Part shown: positions 32,066 through 42,816 of the stretch, in pieces
How positions within the stretch are numbered: the stretch's first letter is position 1
How the letters are laid out: each line of letters starts with the position of its first letter
NCBI GenBank assembly: GCA_963697165.1
Contig: CAVOMX010000024.1
Location: 64,001 to 128,000 of the forward strand
DNA: 64,000 nucleotides
Direction of reading: 5' to 3'
Source of the DNA: Candidatus Bathyarchaeota archaeon
GTDB lineage: Archaea > Thermoproteota > Bathyarchaeia > Bathyarchaeales > Bathyarchaeaceae
The notes under the pieces: generated by a model
The model's database searches: none
Told to the model about the DNA's origin: nothing
Seen by the model: the letters and a program-made list of their open reading frames with translations, nothing else
Made by a program: the position numbers and the translations under genes

Positions 32066-32259
32066 CTTGAATATTCCCGTCTCTTTTAGGCTATCTACGG
32101 AAGTAAGTTGCAGTTTATTTAAAGTTTCCTTTATGTCTATCGTTTCTTTTCAATAGACAATAGATAACTCAAATGTATCGGCAGTCCTATTAAGGTTATA
32201 ACTAGCGTTTTGCGATAAGTTTTTCTGCGCTAACTTTCGCTTTCTAATGGGGCTAAACT

Positions 32260-33489
32260 TTGGCGCGTCTTAAAGGCTTTGAAAAACTTACAAACGTGGA
32301 TGACGCTCTGCAGTCGTTTTTGGGGCAACTTAAGCCAGAACGGCTCTGTTCTGAGCGAATCCCAATTCACGAGGCGCTAGGACGAGTAACCGCAGAGGAC
32401 ATCCGAGCAAAATATGATTTGCCTCTTTTTGATCGTTCTGCCGTAGACGGTTATGCCCTGAAAGCAAAGGACACCTTCGGAGTTTCCGCGTTTAAGCCAA
32501 AAATCTTCAAGCTAACCAAAAACAAAGTCAAAGAAAAAGAGGCAAAAGAGCTGTGGACAGGAAACCCCATTCCCGAAGGCGCCGACGCCGTCGTTATGCT
32601 CGAGTACACCAAAAAATTTGAGAACAAAATCGAGTTGACAACAGCAGTTACTCCCGGCAGAAACGTCTCCAAAATGGGAGAAGACGTAACCGAAGGAAAC
32701 GTTGCCATAAATGCTGGACTCAGGCTGAATCCTTATCACTTGGGGTTACTGGCGGCGTTGAGTGAAACATATGTTGCTGTTGTCAGGAAGCCTAAGGTCG
32801 CCATCTTAGCCACTGGAAACGAGCTTGTGGAGTTGGGAAACAAACTTGAGCCTGGCAAGATTGTGGAGACTAATCGGCTGGTTTTCTCTAGCATGTGCCT
32901 GGAGCTGGGCGCGGAGCCACTAAACTTGGGTGTAGCCAAGGATGACCTGGAGGAGATAATGTCTAGGATTCGGTTTGGTCTAGAGCAAGCAGATGCGGTT
33001 ATCACAACTGGGGGTACCAGTGTCGGTTATCCTGATTTGGTTCCTTTGGCAGTTAACAAGATAGGAACGCCTGGAATAATCGTTCATGGAATTGCCATAA
33101 GACCCGGTATGCCAACGGCGCTGGCAATCCTTGAGGGCAAACCGGTTTTTGTGTTATCTGGAAACCCTGTGGCGGCAACTGTGGGCTTTGAGGTGTTCGC
33201 TCGACCCACCCTTCTTAGGATGTTGGGAGTAAACGAGTTTAGACCTGTCATCGAGGCGAAGCTAACCAGAAGAGTTGCAGGCGCTTTGGGGCGAAGAGTC
33301 TTTTTGCGTGTTCGCGTGTTTGAGAGGAGCGGCGGATTTTTCGCTGAGCCTGTCAGGGCAACTGGGTCTGGTGTGCTCACAACCATGACAAAGGCGAACG
33401 GGTACGTGATTATTCCAGAAAACCGTGAAGGCGTAGAAGAGGGCGAATCCGTTAGAGTAAATCTTTTCTCTAGCATAATGGGGGAATAG
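32260..33489 (+). CDS. moeA: molybdopterin molybdenumtransferase MoeA (copy 1)
   Basis: DRSAVDGYA; TGNPIPEGADAVVM; ATGNEL; TTGGTSVG; GNPV. Confidence 0.95.
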   Translation: MARLKGFEKLTNVDDALQSFLGQLKPERLCSERIPIHEALGRVTAEDIRAKYDLPLFDRSAVDGYALKAKDTFGVSAFKPKIFKLTKNKVKEKEAKELWTGNPIPEGADAVVMLEYTKKFENKIELTTAVTPGRNVSKMGEDVTEGNVAINAGLRLNPYHLGLLAALSETYVAVVRKPKVAILATGNELVELGNKLEPGKIVETNRLVFSSMCLELGAEPLNLGVAKDDLEEIMSRIRFGLEQADAVITTGGTSVGYPDLVPLAVNKIGTPGIIVHGIAIRPGMPTALAILEGKPVFVLSGNPVAATVGFEVFARPTLLRMLGVNEFRPVIEAKLTRRVAGALGRRVFLRVRVFERSGGFFAEPVRATGSGVLTTMTKANGYVIIPENREGVEEGESVRVNLFSSIMGE

Positions 33490-33490
33490 C

Positions 33491-34747
33491 ATGTTCCGAA
33501 AACTTCTCTCTTTTGATGAAGCCAAACAGCTTCTCAAACAGACTTTTTCTGCTAAACCTGTTGGAATAGAACAGGTTTCCATCTCAGAAGCGCATGAACG
33601 AGTGCTAGCCCAAGACGTTGTGGCGACATTTAATATTCCTTCATTCACTCGGTCAACAGTTGATGGCTACACAGTAAAAGCAGTTGACACTTTCGGCGCA
33701 AGCGAAGACAAACCTGTTAGCCTCAAATTCTGTGGCCATGTGGCGATAGGCGAATCTCCAAAAGTGGTTGTGAAAAACGGTTTTGTTGCCGGAATAGTCA
33801 CCGGCGCGCCCCTGCCTGAAGGCGCCGACTCCGTGATCATGGTAGAATACACAACGCGTCAAGGAGACAACGTTTTTGTGCATCGTCCAGTTTCGATAGG
33901 CGAGAATCTGATGGCTGCAGGATCGGACATCCGCAAAAACGAAACAGTTCTAAAAGAGGGTCGTTTTCTGGGTTCCCGCGAAATTGGGGTTCTGGCTGCC
34001 ATCGGATTAACAAAAGTTAATGTGTTCAAGCGTCCGAAGGTAGCAGTTCTCTCTACTGGGGGGGAGGTTGTAGCGCCCGGAGAACCGCTTCCTGACGGAA
34101 AAATCTATGATATAAATGCTCATACTCTGAGTGCAGCGGTTCATGAAGCTGGAGGGGAGCCGATTAACTTGGGAATCATCCCCGACAAGAAGGACAACCT
34201 GACAAAAGCGCTCAAGAATGCGTTGGGTTCAGCGGATGCGGTGATAACTTCAGGCGGGGTTTCAGTTGGTCCAAAGGATTTCACTCCCCAAGTTGTAGAT
34301 AGTTTAGGGAAGCCTGGCGTAATAATTTCTGGAGTCGCCGTGAAACCCGGAAAACCAATGACCATTGCAGTAGTCGACGGGAAACCTGTCTTTTCATTAC
34401 CCGGTAACCCAACCTCGTCGCTCTTCATGTTTAACGTTTTCGTCCGTCCAGTAATTGTTAAGCTTGCTGGAAGACCCGAAGAAGAGTTGCCTAAGCTTAA
34501 GGCAGTGACTGACCAGAAGATGTTTCCGGCGCGGGGACGCCGCACCTTTGTCATGGTAAACTTAGCTTACGACAAAAATGGAGGGCTGATTGCGAGTCCT
34601 GTTCCTACTGGATTGTCGGGTGCCATAACAACTTTGGCTAAGGCTGACGGTTTTGTTGAAATCTCTGAGAAACAGCAGTTTATAAACGCGGGAACAGAAA
34701 TAGACGTTTACTTGTTCGACAAATTTAGAAAAACGGATACAGCTTGA
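33491..34747 (+). CDS. moeA: molybdopterin molybdenumtransferase MoeA (copy 2)
   Basis: STVDGY; TGAPLPEGAD; STGGE; TSGGVSVG; KPGKP; LPGNP. Confidence 0.95.
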   Translation: MFRKLLSFDEAKQLLKQTFSAKPVGIEQVSISEAHERVLAQDVVATFNIPSFTRSTVDGYTVKAVDTFGASEDKPVSLKFCGHVAIGESPKVVVKNGFVAGIVTGAPLPEGADSVIMVEYTTRQGDNVFVHRPVSIGENLMAAGSDIRKNETVLKEGRFLGSREIGVLAAIGLTKVNVFKRPKVAVLSTGGEVVAPGEPLPDGKIYDINAHTLSAAVHEAGGEPINLGIIPDKKDNLTKALKNALGSADAVITSGGVSVGPKDFTPQVVDSLGKPGVIISGVAVKPGKPMTIAVVDGKPVFSLPGNPTSSLFMFNVFVRPVIVKLAGRPEEELPKLKAVTDQKMFPARGRRTFVMVNLAYDKNGGLIASPVPTGLSGAITTLAKADGFVEISEKQQFINAGTEIDVYLFDKFRKTDTA

Positions 34748-34753
34748 GTGTTT

Positions 34754-35125
34754 TTAGTTGAAGTTTTCTCTTTTTGCCACTATGTAGGCTGACACTATCA
34801 GTAGTATGAGCATGTATGCTATCAGGGTGATGTGGAACAGCATTGCGCCTCCAAATGTTTGTAATGTAATCGAGTCGGAGAGTGTTGTTGCCCCAAACGT
34901 TATTCCTGTAACGAATAGTCCAACTACAATCGGCAGAGCCCATTTTTTCATCTTTAAGATGCTGTATGCTGTGATTAAGCTTAGAATTCCCAGAACTGGG
35001 ATGTGTGCGGGTGCAGCAAAGTTTTCGATTGCAAAGTAGCCTACTTCCGCAATTCCGACTGCGATATAGAAAATTGAGAATAGTAACATGGTCGGGTTTT
35101 CAATCTTGCTTTTTTCAGTGGTCAT
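34754..35125 (-). CDS. hypothetical 4-TM membrane protein
   Basis: Four hydrophobic segments; ATG start. Confidence 0.7.
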   Translation of the reverse strand: MTTEKSKIENPTMLLFSIFYIAVGIAEVGYFAIENFAAPAHIPVLGILSLITAYSILKMKKWALPIVVGLFVTGITFGATTLSDSITLQTFGGAMLFHITLIAYMLILLIVSAYIVAKRENFN

Positions 35126-35323
35126 CTTGCATTCCTTTCCTACCGCTATAATACGATTGGTAATAAATTAGTTTCTCATAATCTGTTTACATTGGAGGCT
35201 TTTACTCAAAATTTTTTTGGCAAACTAGATGTTTTGCTTATGATATGGAAGATAGATTCCATGTAATAATCCTGTTTTCATAAATGTTATCTCTTGTATC
35301 ACTTTAATCTGGTTTCGATTAAG

Positions 35324-35551
35324 ATGGATCCGAAAAAGATGCTTTCGAAAGAGATCGCTTACAAAGTCAGGGGACACATCAGCGAGCAAACCGTTTCTGA
35401 GATGGTTGATCAGTTCTTCAAACACGGCAACACATTTTTTCTCTTAGAATTGATGAGTCTACGAAGAGAAGTAAAAAGCCTAAGAGAAGAACTTCAACAG
35501 CAGAAAGAACACAAGCAGCAGGATTCTCTTCGTGAACTAGTTGTTCGCTGA
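35324..35551 (+). CDS. small hypothetical protein with C-terminal coiled coil
   Basis: MDPKKMLSKE...LRREVKSLREELQQQ; fills an intergenic gap. Confidence 0.55.
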   Translation: MDPKKMLSKEIAYKVRGHISEQTVSEMVDQFFKHGNTFFLLELMSLRREVKSLREELQQQKEHKQQDSLRELVVR

Positions 35552-35687
35552 GCCGCTGTAAAGCAAGCGTTACTCTGATTTGGGGCTGCTCCACGGAAGC
35601 CTTGCAGAGCCAATACTCCTAAATTCTTCTTTTCATTAATGTTAAATTTTATGAGTAAGCGTTTGTTTTCTAGGAGTCGATCGCTAT

Positions 35688-36581
35688 ATGAGTTATCGTG
35701 AGCTCTTTGTATCCCCGTCTCCCGTCTTCTCGGGAAGTCAACGAAGCTTTGAAGAGGCAAAATACGTAGTTTTAGGTGTCCCCTTTGACGTAACCAGTAC
35801 CTACCGTTCTGGGGCAAAGTTTGCGCCTCTAGCCATCAGAGACGCTTCCCAGAATGTTGAATGCTACAGTTTCAGAACTGGCGTGGACGTTGAGGAACTG
35901 AAAATCCATGATTTGGGAGACCTGCATGTTGCGGCGGATGTTGAGTTGACTTTGGGACGTTTAGCTTTGGTTGCGCAGGACCTTTTTGAAGCCGAGAAAG
36001 TTCCAGTGTTTATTGGTGGAGAGCACACAATTACTTTAGGTGTTATGAAGAGTCTCAAAGACGTTGCAGTGGTAAGTTTTGATGCTCATTTAGACCTGCG
36101 TGATGACTATCTTGGTCTTTCTGTGTCTCATACAACCTTTATGCGGAGAATCAAAGAAGATGTTAATCCTTCCAAGATTTTGGAGATTGGCACCCGCGCA
36201 GTATGCAGAGAAGAGCTTGATTACGCGAAAGAGGCTGGAATCGACTATCTGACTGCCCATCAGATACGAAAGGACGGGGTCAAAAAAACGGCTGAAAAAA
36301 TCAAGGAAGTCCTTGGTGGCTGCGAAAAAGTTTACGTTACAATTGACATGGATGTTCTGGATCCTGCTTTTGTGCCTGCAGTTCCGAACCCTGAACCTGA
36401 AGGATTGGATACCTCAACGCTTCTGGATCTTCTGGAGGCGGTGTGTGAGCGTCGGGTGGTTGGATTCGATGTGGTTGAGGTAGCGCCTCACTATGACCAA
36501 GGCGTAACTGCTACTCAGGCTACAAAAGTTATCTTTGAAGTGTCTAGGCTTCCTAGAAAGAGCACAAAAAAGCTAGTCTAA
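35688..36581 (+). CDS. speB: agmatinase
   Basis: GGEHTIT; DAHLDLRD; DMDVLDP; DVVEVAP. Confidence 0.93.
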   Translation: MSYRELFVSPSPVFSGSQRSFEEAKYVVLGVPFDVTSTYRSGAKFAPLAIRDASQNVECYSFRTGVDVEELKIHDLGDLHVAADVELTLGRLALVAQDLFEAEKVPVFIGGEHTITLGVMKSLKDVAVVSFDAHLDLRDDYLGLSVSHTTFMRRIKEDVNPSKILEIGTRAVCREELDYAKEAGIDYLTAHQIRKDGVKKTAEKIKEVLGGCEKVYVTIDMDVLDPAFVPAVPNPEPEGLDTSTLLDLLEAVCERRVVGFDVVEVAPHYDQGVTATQATKVIFEVSRLPRKSTKKLV

Positions 36582-36596
36582 GCTGTTATTTTTGCT

Positions 36597-37939
36597 TCAT
36601 ATGGTCTCTTTTTTTAGTTTTGCTACGAAGAAGCCGTTGCATTCATGAATGTGAGGATAGAGTCTCTGGCACTTGGTTAGTCCTCTGAGTCCCGGCAATC
36701 CGATTCTGGGCTTTGATTCTACCAGCTTGAATTCTGGGTGCAGTTTCAGAAAGTTTTCGATAACCATCTCGTTTTCCTCTAATGTTATGCTACATGTGGA
36801 GTAGACCAGAAAGCCGCCATCTTTCACGTATTCTGCGCACTGTTCTATCATCTCCTCCTGAATCTTCGACATGCCCAGCATCGACCGTTTGGTTAGTGCG
36901 CCACTTCGCGTCAGGTGTCTTGCCGAAGGTTCCTGTGCTTGTGCATGGCGGATCCAAAATCACCAAGTCCGCGGAAACATTCAATGGCAAGCAATTTCTT
37001 GCGTCAGCAATTATTGGCGAGACAATTTCTGTGCCCGTGCGTTCTGTTTCTCTTTTCCATACCTTGTATTCTTCGTTTTGAGTAGTCAACAGAAATTATT
37101 GTTCCTCTGTTTTCCATCAGCTGCGCCAAGTAGGTTGTTTTGGAGCCTGGGGCTGCGCATATGTCAAGTACTGTGGTTCCCTGCTTTGGGTCTGCGATTT
37201 CTGCTGCTAGGCAGCTGGCTTTGTCTTGTATGTAGAAGTGTCCTTGACTGAAGCTTTGTGTTCTTGTTAGTGGTTTGTTTGTTTCTATCAGCTTGTGTGT
37301 GTGTTTTAGTTGCGGAACCTTCTCCAGAATTATCTTCTCGTCTGTTATGTTTTTGAGTAAGGTTTCTGTTGGCGCTTTCAACGTGTTCAATCGCACGTAG
37401 ACTGGTGGGATATCTTCGGATTTTTCTAGGAATTTTAGGGCTTCTCCTCTTCCAAGAAGCCTGAAGCAGTATTTTACGAACCATGTGGGATGATATGTTT
37501 GGAGTCCAATCTTCTCTGTTTCTTCTAGACCTTTTAGGATATTTTCTGTGTTTATGCTCAGTATTTCGCCGAGAACCTCTTCGATGTCTTTGAGTTTCCA
37601 CCATCCCAGTATTGAGCGTCCCATTTGGGCTATTCTTGAGGCTTTCTCTAGGTTTCCGTCAGCCACTTTTGTTTCATAACAGTATAGTTGAAGGAAAACT
37701 TTTGGACCAAGTTTGAGGTCATTTAGTGACCGCGGCTCTAGAACCGAGTTTAGCAGAAAGTCGATATAATTCTTTTTTCTGAGTGTCTCGGATACTAGCC
37801 TGTGGGCTAATCCGATTGCTTTTGGGTCTTTAATTCTAAGCTGTTTTGCGGCTTTTGTTAAGGCTAAACGTTCACCTAGCCGTTTCAGTTCAATCCAGCT
37901 CAGTGTTTCGATGGCGAGAATCCAAGCGTCCCTTAACAT
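36597..37939 (-). CDS. RsmB/NOL1/NOP2 family RNA m5C methyltransferase (two frameshifts)
   Basis: IQDKAS; DICAAPGSKT; LDPPCTSTG; YSTCS..EENE. Confidence 0.92.
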
Positions 37940-38044
37940 TTCTGTTCGTATTATGAGTCTTTGCTGGGTGCCTATTAAAAGGCTTGATTATTGTTAAATA
38001 ACCGCACTCATTCCTTTGAATGTTGACTGTTCAAGTGTTGTGGT

Positions 38045-38338
38045 ATGGACATGAAGTTGCAAGAGACTGCTCAGGGCGTCGTTTTGGATGTACATGTTAA
38101 GCCCGGCTCGAAGGAGTTTCGGTTACAATTTGAAGAAGATGAGCTTGTGGTGCTTTGCCGTGAAGCTCCAGTGAAGGGCAAAGTCAACAAGGAATTGCTG
38201 AAACAGTTTTCGCGACTTTTTGGACGCAAAGTTGAGCTTGTTTCAGGGTCTACTTCAAGACAAAAGAGGTTTCTTATCAGCGACATCGAAGCAGAGGAAG
38301 TTAACCGAATCTTGGTTTCTGCCTTGGGCACTCGATAG
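38045..38338 (+). CDS. DUF167/UPF0235 family protein
   Basis: VHVKPGS; PVKGKVNKEL; SGSTSRQK. Confidence 0.9.
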   Translation: MDMKLQETAQGVVLDVHVKPGSKEFRLQFEEDELVVLCREAPVKGKVNKELLKQFSRLFGRKVELVSGSTSRQKRFLISDIEAEEVNRILVSALGTR

Positions 38339-38427
38339 TTTGATTTGAGGATGCTTTTTTAGTAATCTATTTAAAAGCTGAAATGGACGCTTCTTTTAAC
38401 GGTTTGATGCTCAGTGGAGCATGAACC

Positions 38428-39534
38428 ATGTTGCCATTTCAAGTGTCTCTTGGGGTGAAGAAGATAGTTAAGCCTAAACCGTCAGTTACCGTAGAGCTTT
38501 CAGACGAAGAATTGGAATACTATTCAAGGCAGATTGTATTGGCTGATTTGGGCTACAATGCCCAGCTGAAACTGAAAAATTCTAAGGCTTGCTTGCTGGG
38601 TGTTGGCGGTTTAGGTTCTCCGGCGGCGATGCAGCTGGCGGCTATGGGAGTTGGATATTTGCGTATTGTTGATCGTGATGTTGTGGAGTTGACTAATTTG
38701 CATCGTCAGCACCTCTATGGCCTTGATGATGTGGGATACCCAAAGGTTGAAGCTGCTGCCAAACGGTTACAGAACTTGAATCCTTACATCAATATAGAGC
38801 CTCTTCCGCTCTCAGTAAATCAGGCCAACGCAGAAGATATCGTTAAGGGCATGGATGTTGTGGTCGATGGTTTAGATAGCATGGCTGCCCGTTACGCAAT
38901 CAACAGAGCCTGCATCAAATTTGGTGTCCCCTACGTTTTTGGGGCTGCCATAGAAACCAATGGTAACTTGTCTACGATAGTTCCGGGAGAAACAGCGTGT
39001 CTCGAATGCTTCTATGGCAGTCTTGATGACAAAAAGTTGCCCAAATGCGGGGTGGTGGGAGTTCATCCATCTCTGGTGAATATAATAGCAAGCCTAGAAG
39101 TCAGCGAGGCAATCAGAATACTAACAGGAAAGCAGCCCCGCTTAGTCAACAAGCTTCTTCATTTTGACCTAGATGAACTAGAATTCAATGAGATCTGCCT
39201 CTCAAAGGTTGATTCCTGCCCCGTCTGTGGGGTAAACCCGTCAGGTTCTGCTATGCCGCTAAGGCATGAGTTGATGGAGGAAATCTGTGGACGAAAAGGA
39301 AAGAAGGTGTTTGTTATCGTTCCAGAAGAGAGCTTGGATGTTAATCTTGTATGCTTGAAGGGCTACTTGGCGAAGAAGGGGTTCAGCATCAAAGTTGAAG
39401 CCAAACTCGGACTGACATTTGTTCTCCGAGATGTTAAGGCAAGTGTTCTAAAAAGTGGAGTAGTTATTCTTGAAGGAATCAAAAAAAGAGATGAAGCACT
39501 CAAGCTTTTCGAGGAATTAACTGGTAACTGCTAG
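38428..39534 (+). CDS. ThiF/MoeB/UbaA E1-like adenylyltransferase
   Basis: YSRQI; GVGGLG; DRDVVELTNLHRQ; CLEC; CPVC. Confidence 0.92.
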   Translation: MLPFQVSLGVKKIVKPKPSVTVELSDEELEYYSRQIVLADLGYNAQLKLKNSKACLLGVGGLGSPAAMQLAAMGVGYLRIVDRDVVELTNLHRQHLYGLDDVGYPKVEAAAKRLQNLNPYINIEPLPLSVNQANAEDIVKGMDVVVDGLDSMAARYAINRACIKFGVPYVFGAAIETNGNLSTIVPGETACLECFYGSLDDKKLPKCGVVGVHPSLVNIIASLEVSEAIRILTGKQPRLVNKLLHFDLDELEFNEICLSKVDSCPVCGVNPSGSAMPLRHELMEEICGRKGKKVFVIVPEESLDVNLVCLKGYLAKKGFSIKVEAKLGLTFVLRDVKASVLKSGVVILEGIKKRDEALKLFEELTGNC

Positions 39535-40023
39535 TGCGAATTTCAGAAAAAGAAGCCATCATAATTGCAACAGATTACACAAAACGGCTTCATGGAAAGC
39601 CAAAAGTCACATAGTAAAAAATTTTGCGATACTATCTGAGCCTGTGACCGCAAGATTGTATCCCCCACAAGAAATCCTCTGGTGCTGATTCCTTACTGGT
39701 AGGTAACTCTTCAACTCGACCAAGTTTACTCCGAAAACGTTCACCTCATCGCCGTTGGACTATGGGTAGACACAGGAGAAGTCAGTGGTCATCAACTAAT
39801 AACCAAAGGATAACCATACACAGCTTGGCGGTGTCTTTGCGGAACTTGGGCAAACACTATCCTTTTAAATGCTGCATAAACATGCCCTGTTTTTTTGACC
39901 TGAAACATGTTTACTTCATGTTTACCCCCAAATATGCTCAAACTTTTAATGCAATAACTTTTAGGAGTATACTTTAATTTTTTAAACTAAATCGATATAT
40001 AACCTGTTGTCGGTGAGTATTGT

Positions 40024-42246
40024 ATGCCAAAGCGGCGACCAAAATCAGGTATTAAGGTTCTCAAGGCTGCATCCTCTTCCCTGCGCATGCAACTGCTGAT
40101 CACCCTAGTCGATAAGGGACCACAATCCTACACCGACCTAATGAAGGTCCTGAAACTCAACCCAAGCAGAGACGCAGGAAGATTCGCTTACCACCTGAAA
40201 TATCTACTAAACGCAGACCTCATAGAACCCGACGTCGACAACAAAGAATACAGACTCACTGAACTCGGAAAAACCATGATCAGCTTCACAGAAGACATCC
40301 AAGAACAGTTCTTCCAAAGAAAAAAGATTCTCGTAAGAACCTCCCGTCTAGCAATGGAAGAATTCGACAGAAACAAGATTGTCGAAGCCCTAGTAAAAGA
40401 GGCAAACGTTCCCGTCTTTCAAGCCCAAAAAATCGCCCGAGAAACCGAAAAGCGTCTCCTAGAATTCAAAACAAAATACCTGACCGCACCCCTAATACGA
40501 GAAATGGTCAACGCAATTCTCGTAGAAAAGGGACTAGAAGAATACCGCCACAAACTCACACGGCTGGGACTCCCAGTTTTTGACGTTAACCAGCTTATAG
40601 AATCAACTGGAACCACGCATCAGGGCGTGGAGGCAATTCACAAGGCGGCTGCCGACGCCGTCATGGAAGAGTACACTCTTCTTAATGTTCTGCCACGGGA
40701 TGTTGCTGACGCGCATCTATCTGGCGGTCTACACCTCGAGAACCTTGGAACTTGGGTTCTGAAGCCCGACCAGTTCATGCATGACCTGCGTTTTTTCCTT
40801 AAACATGGACTGAGTCGCGGAGGAATGAACCTCCAGGAGCCCTCCTATCTTCCGCCAAAAAGCCTTGAAGCCGCGCTGCTCACCGCTTCTAACGTATTAA
40901 AAACCGCTGCTACAGAAACCTCTGGAGAGCAGACCCTTGACTTCTTCAACATCTTCTTAGCCCCATACACTCAGGGTAATTCAGAGGAGCGAATCAGAGA
41001 AGGGTTACGCCTCTTCATATCTAACCTGAACCAATCCGTATCCAACGGAAGCTCTGTGGGCGCCTCCTTAGGCATAGAATTTGTTGTCCCAAACTTTTTG
41101 AAAAAGAAAGAAGCAATCGGACCTGAAGGAAAACCTGCCGGCTGCTACGGAGACTATGTAGAAGAAAGCCGCCGCCTCGCTTCCCTCCTACTCGAAGTGA
41201 CGCTTCAGGATGATGCGCACAAACCCGTTCTCAATCCACGTCTAGTAATAAAGATACGGCCCGAGGTCCTAAAAGACCCTGAATGCGCTTCTCTTCTTTT
41301 TGAGACACACAAACTTGCTGAAAACGGTCTTCCATATTTTGCTAACCTCTGCCCCCCTGAACAGACAAGCGCATCTTACACTTCAACAGGCTTCAGGCTA
41401 GCAGCTGACTGGAGAGAAGACTGGGAACTAGACACCATGCAGACAGGAAGCGTAGACAGCGTGATAATAAACCTGCCCAGAGTCATGTATGAAGCAGGAG
41501 GCAAAGAAAACAGCTTCTTCCACCTCCTATATGATCAGCTGGAACTGGCTTTACAGGCTCTGGAAATAAAATACCGCACAATCAAACTACGAGAAAAAGA
41601 ACATATGCTGCCCTTCCTGATGCAGAAAACCGACGGCGACCAATACTTCAGAATCGAAAACACTGTCCGCCTCGTCAGCTTTGTTGGCTTGAACGAAACC
41701 ATCCAAGCTTTCTTTGACAAACCCCTAAAACAGGAGGGAGAGACCCTTGATTTCGCCAAAAAAATAGTATCCTATCTCTCCAGCGACATCGAGAAGTACT
41801 CAAAGAAGCCTGAGACCCGCGCGTCTTTGGCTATGGTGCCCGCCGCTGACGCTGCAAAACGGTTGGCGGAACTTGATGCAGAAAAGTATGGGTGGGCAAA
41901 GGTTCGTGCCCAAGGCACACGCGAGAAGCCCTTCTATACTGACTTGGTTGCTTTGCCTTTAGGCGTTGACATTTCTTGGAAGGAGCGGCTAAGAATTGAG
42001 GAGCGGTTTCACCGTTTGACTCCAGGAGGTCACATGGCAGTTATACCTCTTGCTGATGAGCCGCAAGAGCCTGATGACCTCCTATCCGTTACCAGAGAGG
42101 TTGCCGGAAACTACGGGGTTGGCTTCTATGTTTTCAATCGGAACCTTGCCTACTGTGCTAGTTGTCAGCATGTTTTTTATGGTAAACTGGAGCGATGCCC
42201 CTCGTGTGGTTCCGTTAATTTGCTTCAGTCTTTTAGTCGAATATGA
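40024..42246 (+). CDS. wHTH + ATP-cone + catalytically dead class III RNR (NrdD-like) fusion; putative nucleotide-sensing regulator
   Basis: aa 1-90 wHTH (LRMQLL..SYTDLMK..FAYHLKYL..YRLTELG); ATP cone VRTSR..EEFDRNKI; NrdD motifs ADAHLSG, INLPR, GLNE and a Zn ribbon; no catalytic Cys or Gly loop. Confidence 0.85.
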   Translation: MPKRRPKSGIKVLKAASSSLRMQLLITLVDKGPQSYTDLMKVLKLNPSRDAGRFAYHLKYLLNADLIEPDVDNKEYRLTELGKTMISFTEDIQEQFFQRKKILVRTSRLAMEEFDRNKIVEALVKEANVPVFQAQKIARETEKRLLEFKTKYLTAPLIREMVNAILVEKGLEEYRHKLTRLGLPVFDVNQLIESTGTTHQGVEAIHKAAADAVMEEYTLLNVLPRDVADAHLSGGLHLENLGTWVLKPDQFMHDLRFFLKHGLSRGGMNLQEPSYLPPKSLEAALLTASNVLKTAATETSGEQTLDFFNIFLAPYTQGNSEERIREGLRLFISNLNQSVSNGSSVGASLGIEFVVPNFLKKKEAIGPEGKPAGCYGDYVEESRRLASLLLEVTLQDDAHKPVLNPRLVIKIRPEVLKDPECASLLFETHKLAENGLPYFANLCPPEQTSASYTSTGFRLAADWREDWELDTMQTGSVDSVIINLPRVMYEAGGKENSFFHLLYDQLELALQALEIKYRTIKLREKEHMLPFLMQKTDGDQYFRIENTVRLVSFVGLNETIQAFFDKPLKQEGETLDFAKKIVSYLSSDIEKYSKKPETRASLAMVPAADAAKRLAELDAEKYGWAKVRAQGTREKPFYTDLVALPLGVDISWKERLRIEERFHRLTPGGHMAVIPLADEPQEPDDLLSVTREVAGNYGVGFYVFNRNLAYCASCQHVFYGKLERCPSCGSVNLLQSFSRI

Positions 42247-42510
42247 TCAAAACGGCGTCTTTCCCTTCCTTTTTTGCTTTTGGTCTTTGTATGGTGTAGC
42301 TGTTTTGGCTGTTTAACCCCTATATATAATGGAAAACACATCTTGGTCAATACGGCTTCCCTATTTCATATTCCAATTTAGGCTAGACGGATGTCTATTT
42401 GTTAATTTGACGGGACGCTTATACAGAATTTTATACCATTAGGACTAAAAAATTAAATATAGCATAATGCACTAAATGCTTTTATCTCGCAAGTAAAAGA
42501 GGTATTTTTC

Positions 42511-42816
42511 ATGAGCTTTTCAAAAGATTTCGGCAGCTCTCCTGAGCATCTACATGCCAACGGCTTAGTGGTTTACACAACCAGCGGATGCACTCGATGT
42601 GATATGCTGAAAAAATGGTTAAAGAACAAAGACGCAGATTTTGAAGAAAAAAATCTGGAAGACTCCGAAGTAATGACAGATCTAGTGATGAGAAACTTTG
42701 TTGTGATGTCGGCTCCAGCAATAGAAATTGATGGAATAGTTTACACGGATAACCAGATATTCGAAAGCAACGGCTTAATCAAACCAAACTTGTCAAAAAT
42801 ATTCGAGGTCATGTAA
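42511..42816 (+). CDS. nrdH: NrdH/glutaredoxin-like redoxin
   Basis: VYTTSGCTRC (CxxC); VMSAPAIEIDG cis-Pro motif; abuts nrdD. Confidence 0.85.
   Translation: MSFSKDFGSSPEHLHANGLVVYTTSGCTRCDMLKKWLKNKDADFEEKNLEDSEVMTDLVMRNFVVMSAPAIEIDGIVYTDNQIFESNGLIKPNLSKIFEVM

Noticed and set aside
32260..34747. Tandem moeA duplication
   Set aside because: Two MoeA paralogues are normal in archaea.
35245..35262. ATGGAA-N6-TTCCAT inverted repeat upstream of a small ORF
   Set aside because: Single short occurrence with no regulator link; could be chance.
39540..39830. Short protein-like frame (TLQLDQVYSENVHLIAVGLWVDTGEVSGHQLITKG)
   Set aside because: No start codon or recognisable family; at most an unidentifiable remnant.
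42235..42316. Idea that the NrdD-like protein's missing glycyl loop is hidden by a frameshift
   Set aside because: No frame downstream encodes TGY or WNxGK, and both catalytic Cys are independently absent.
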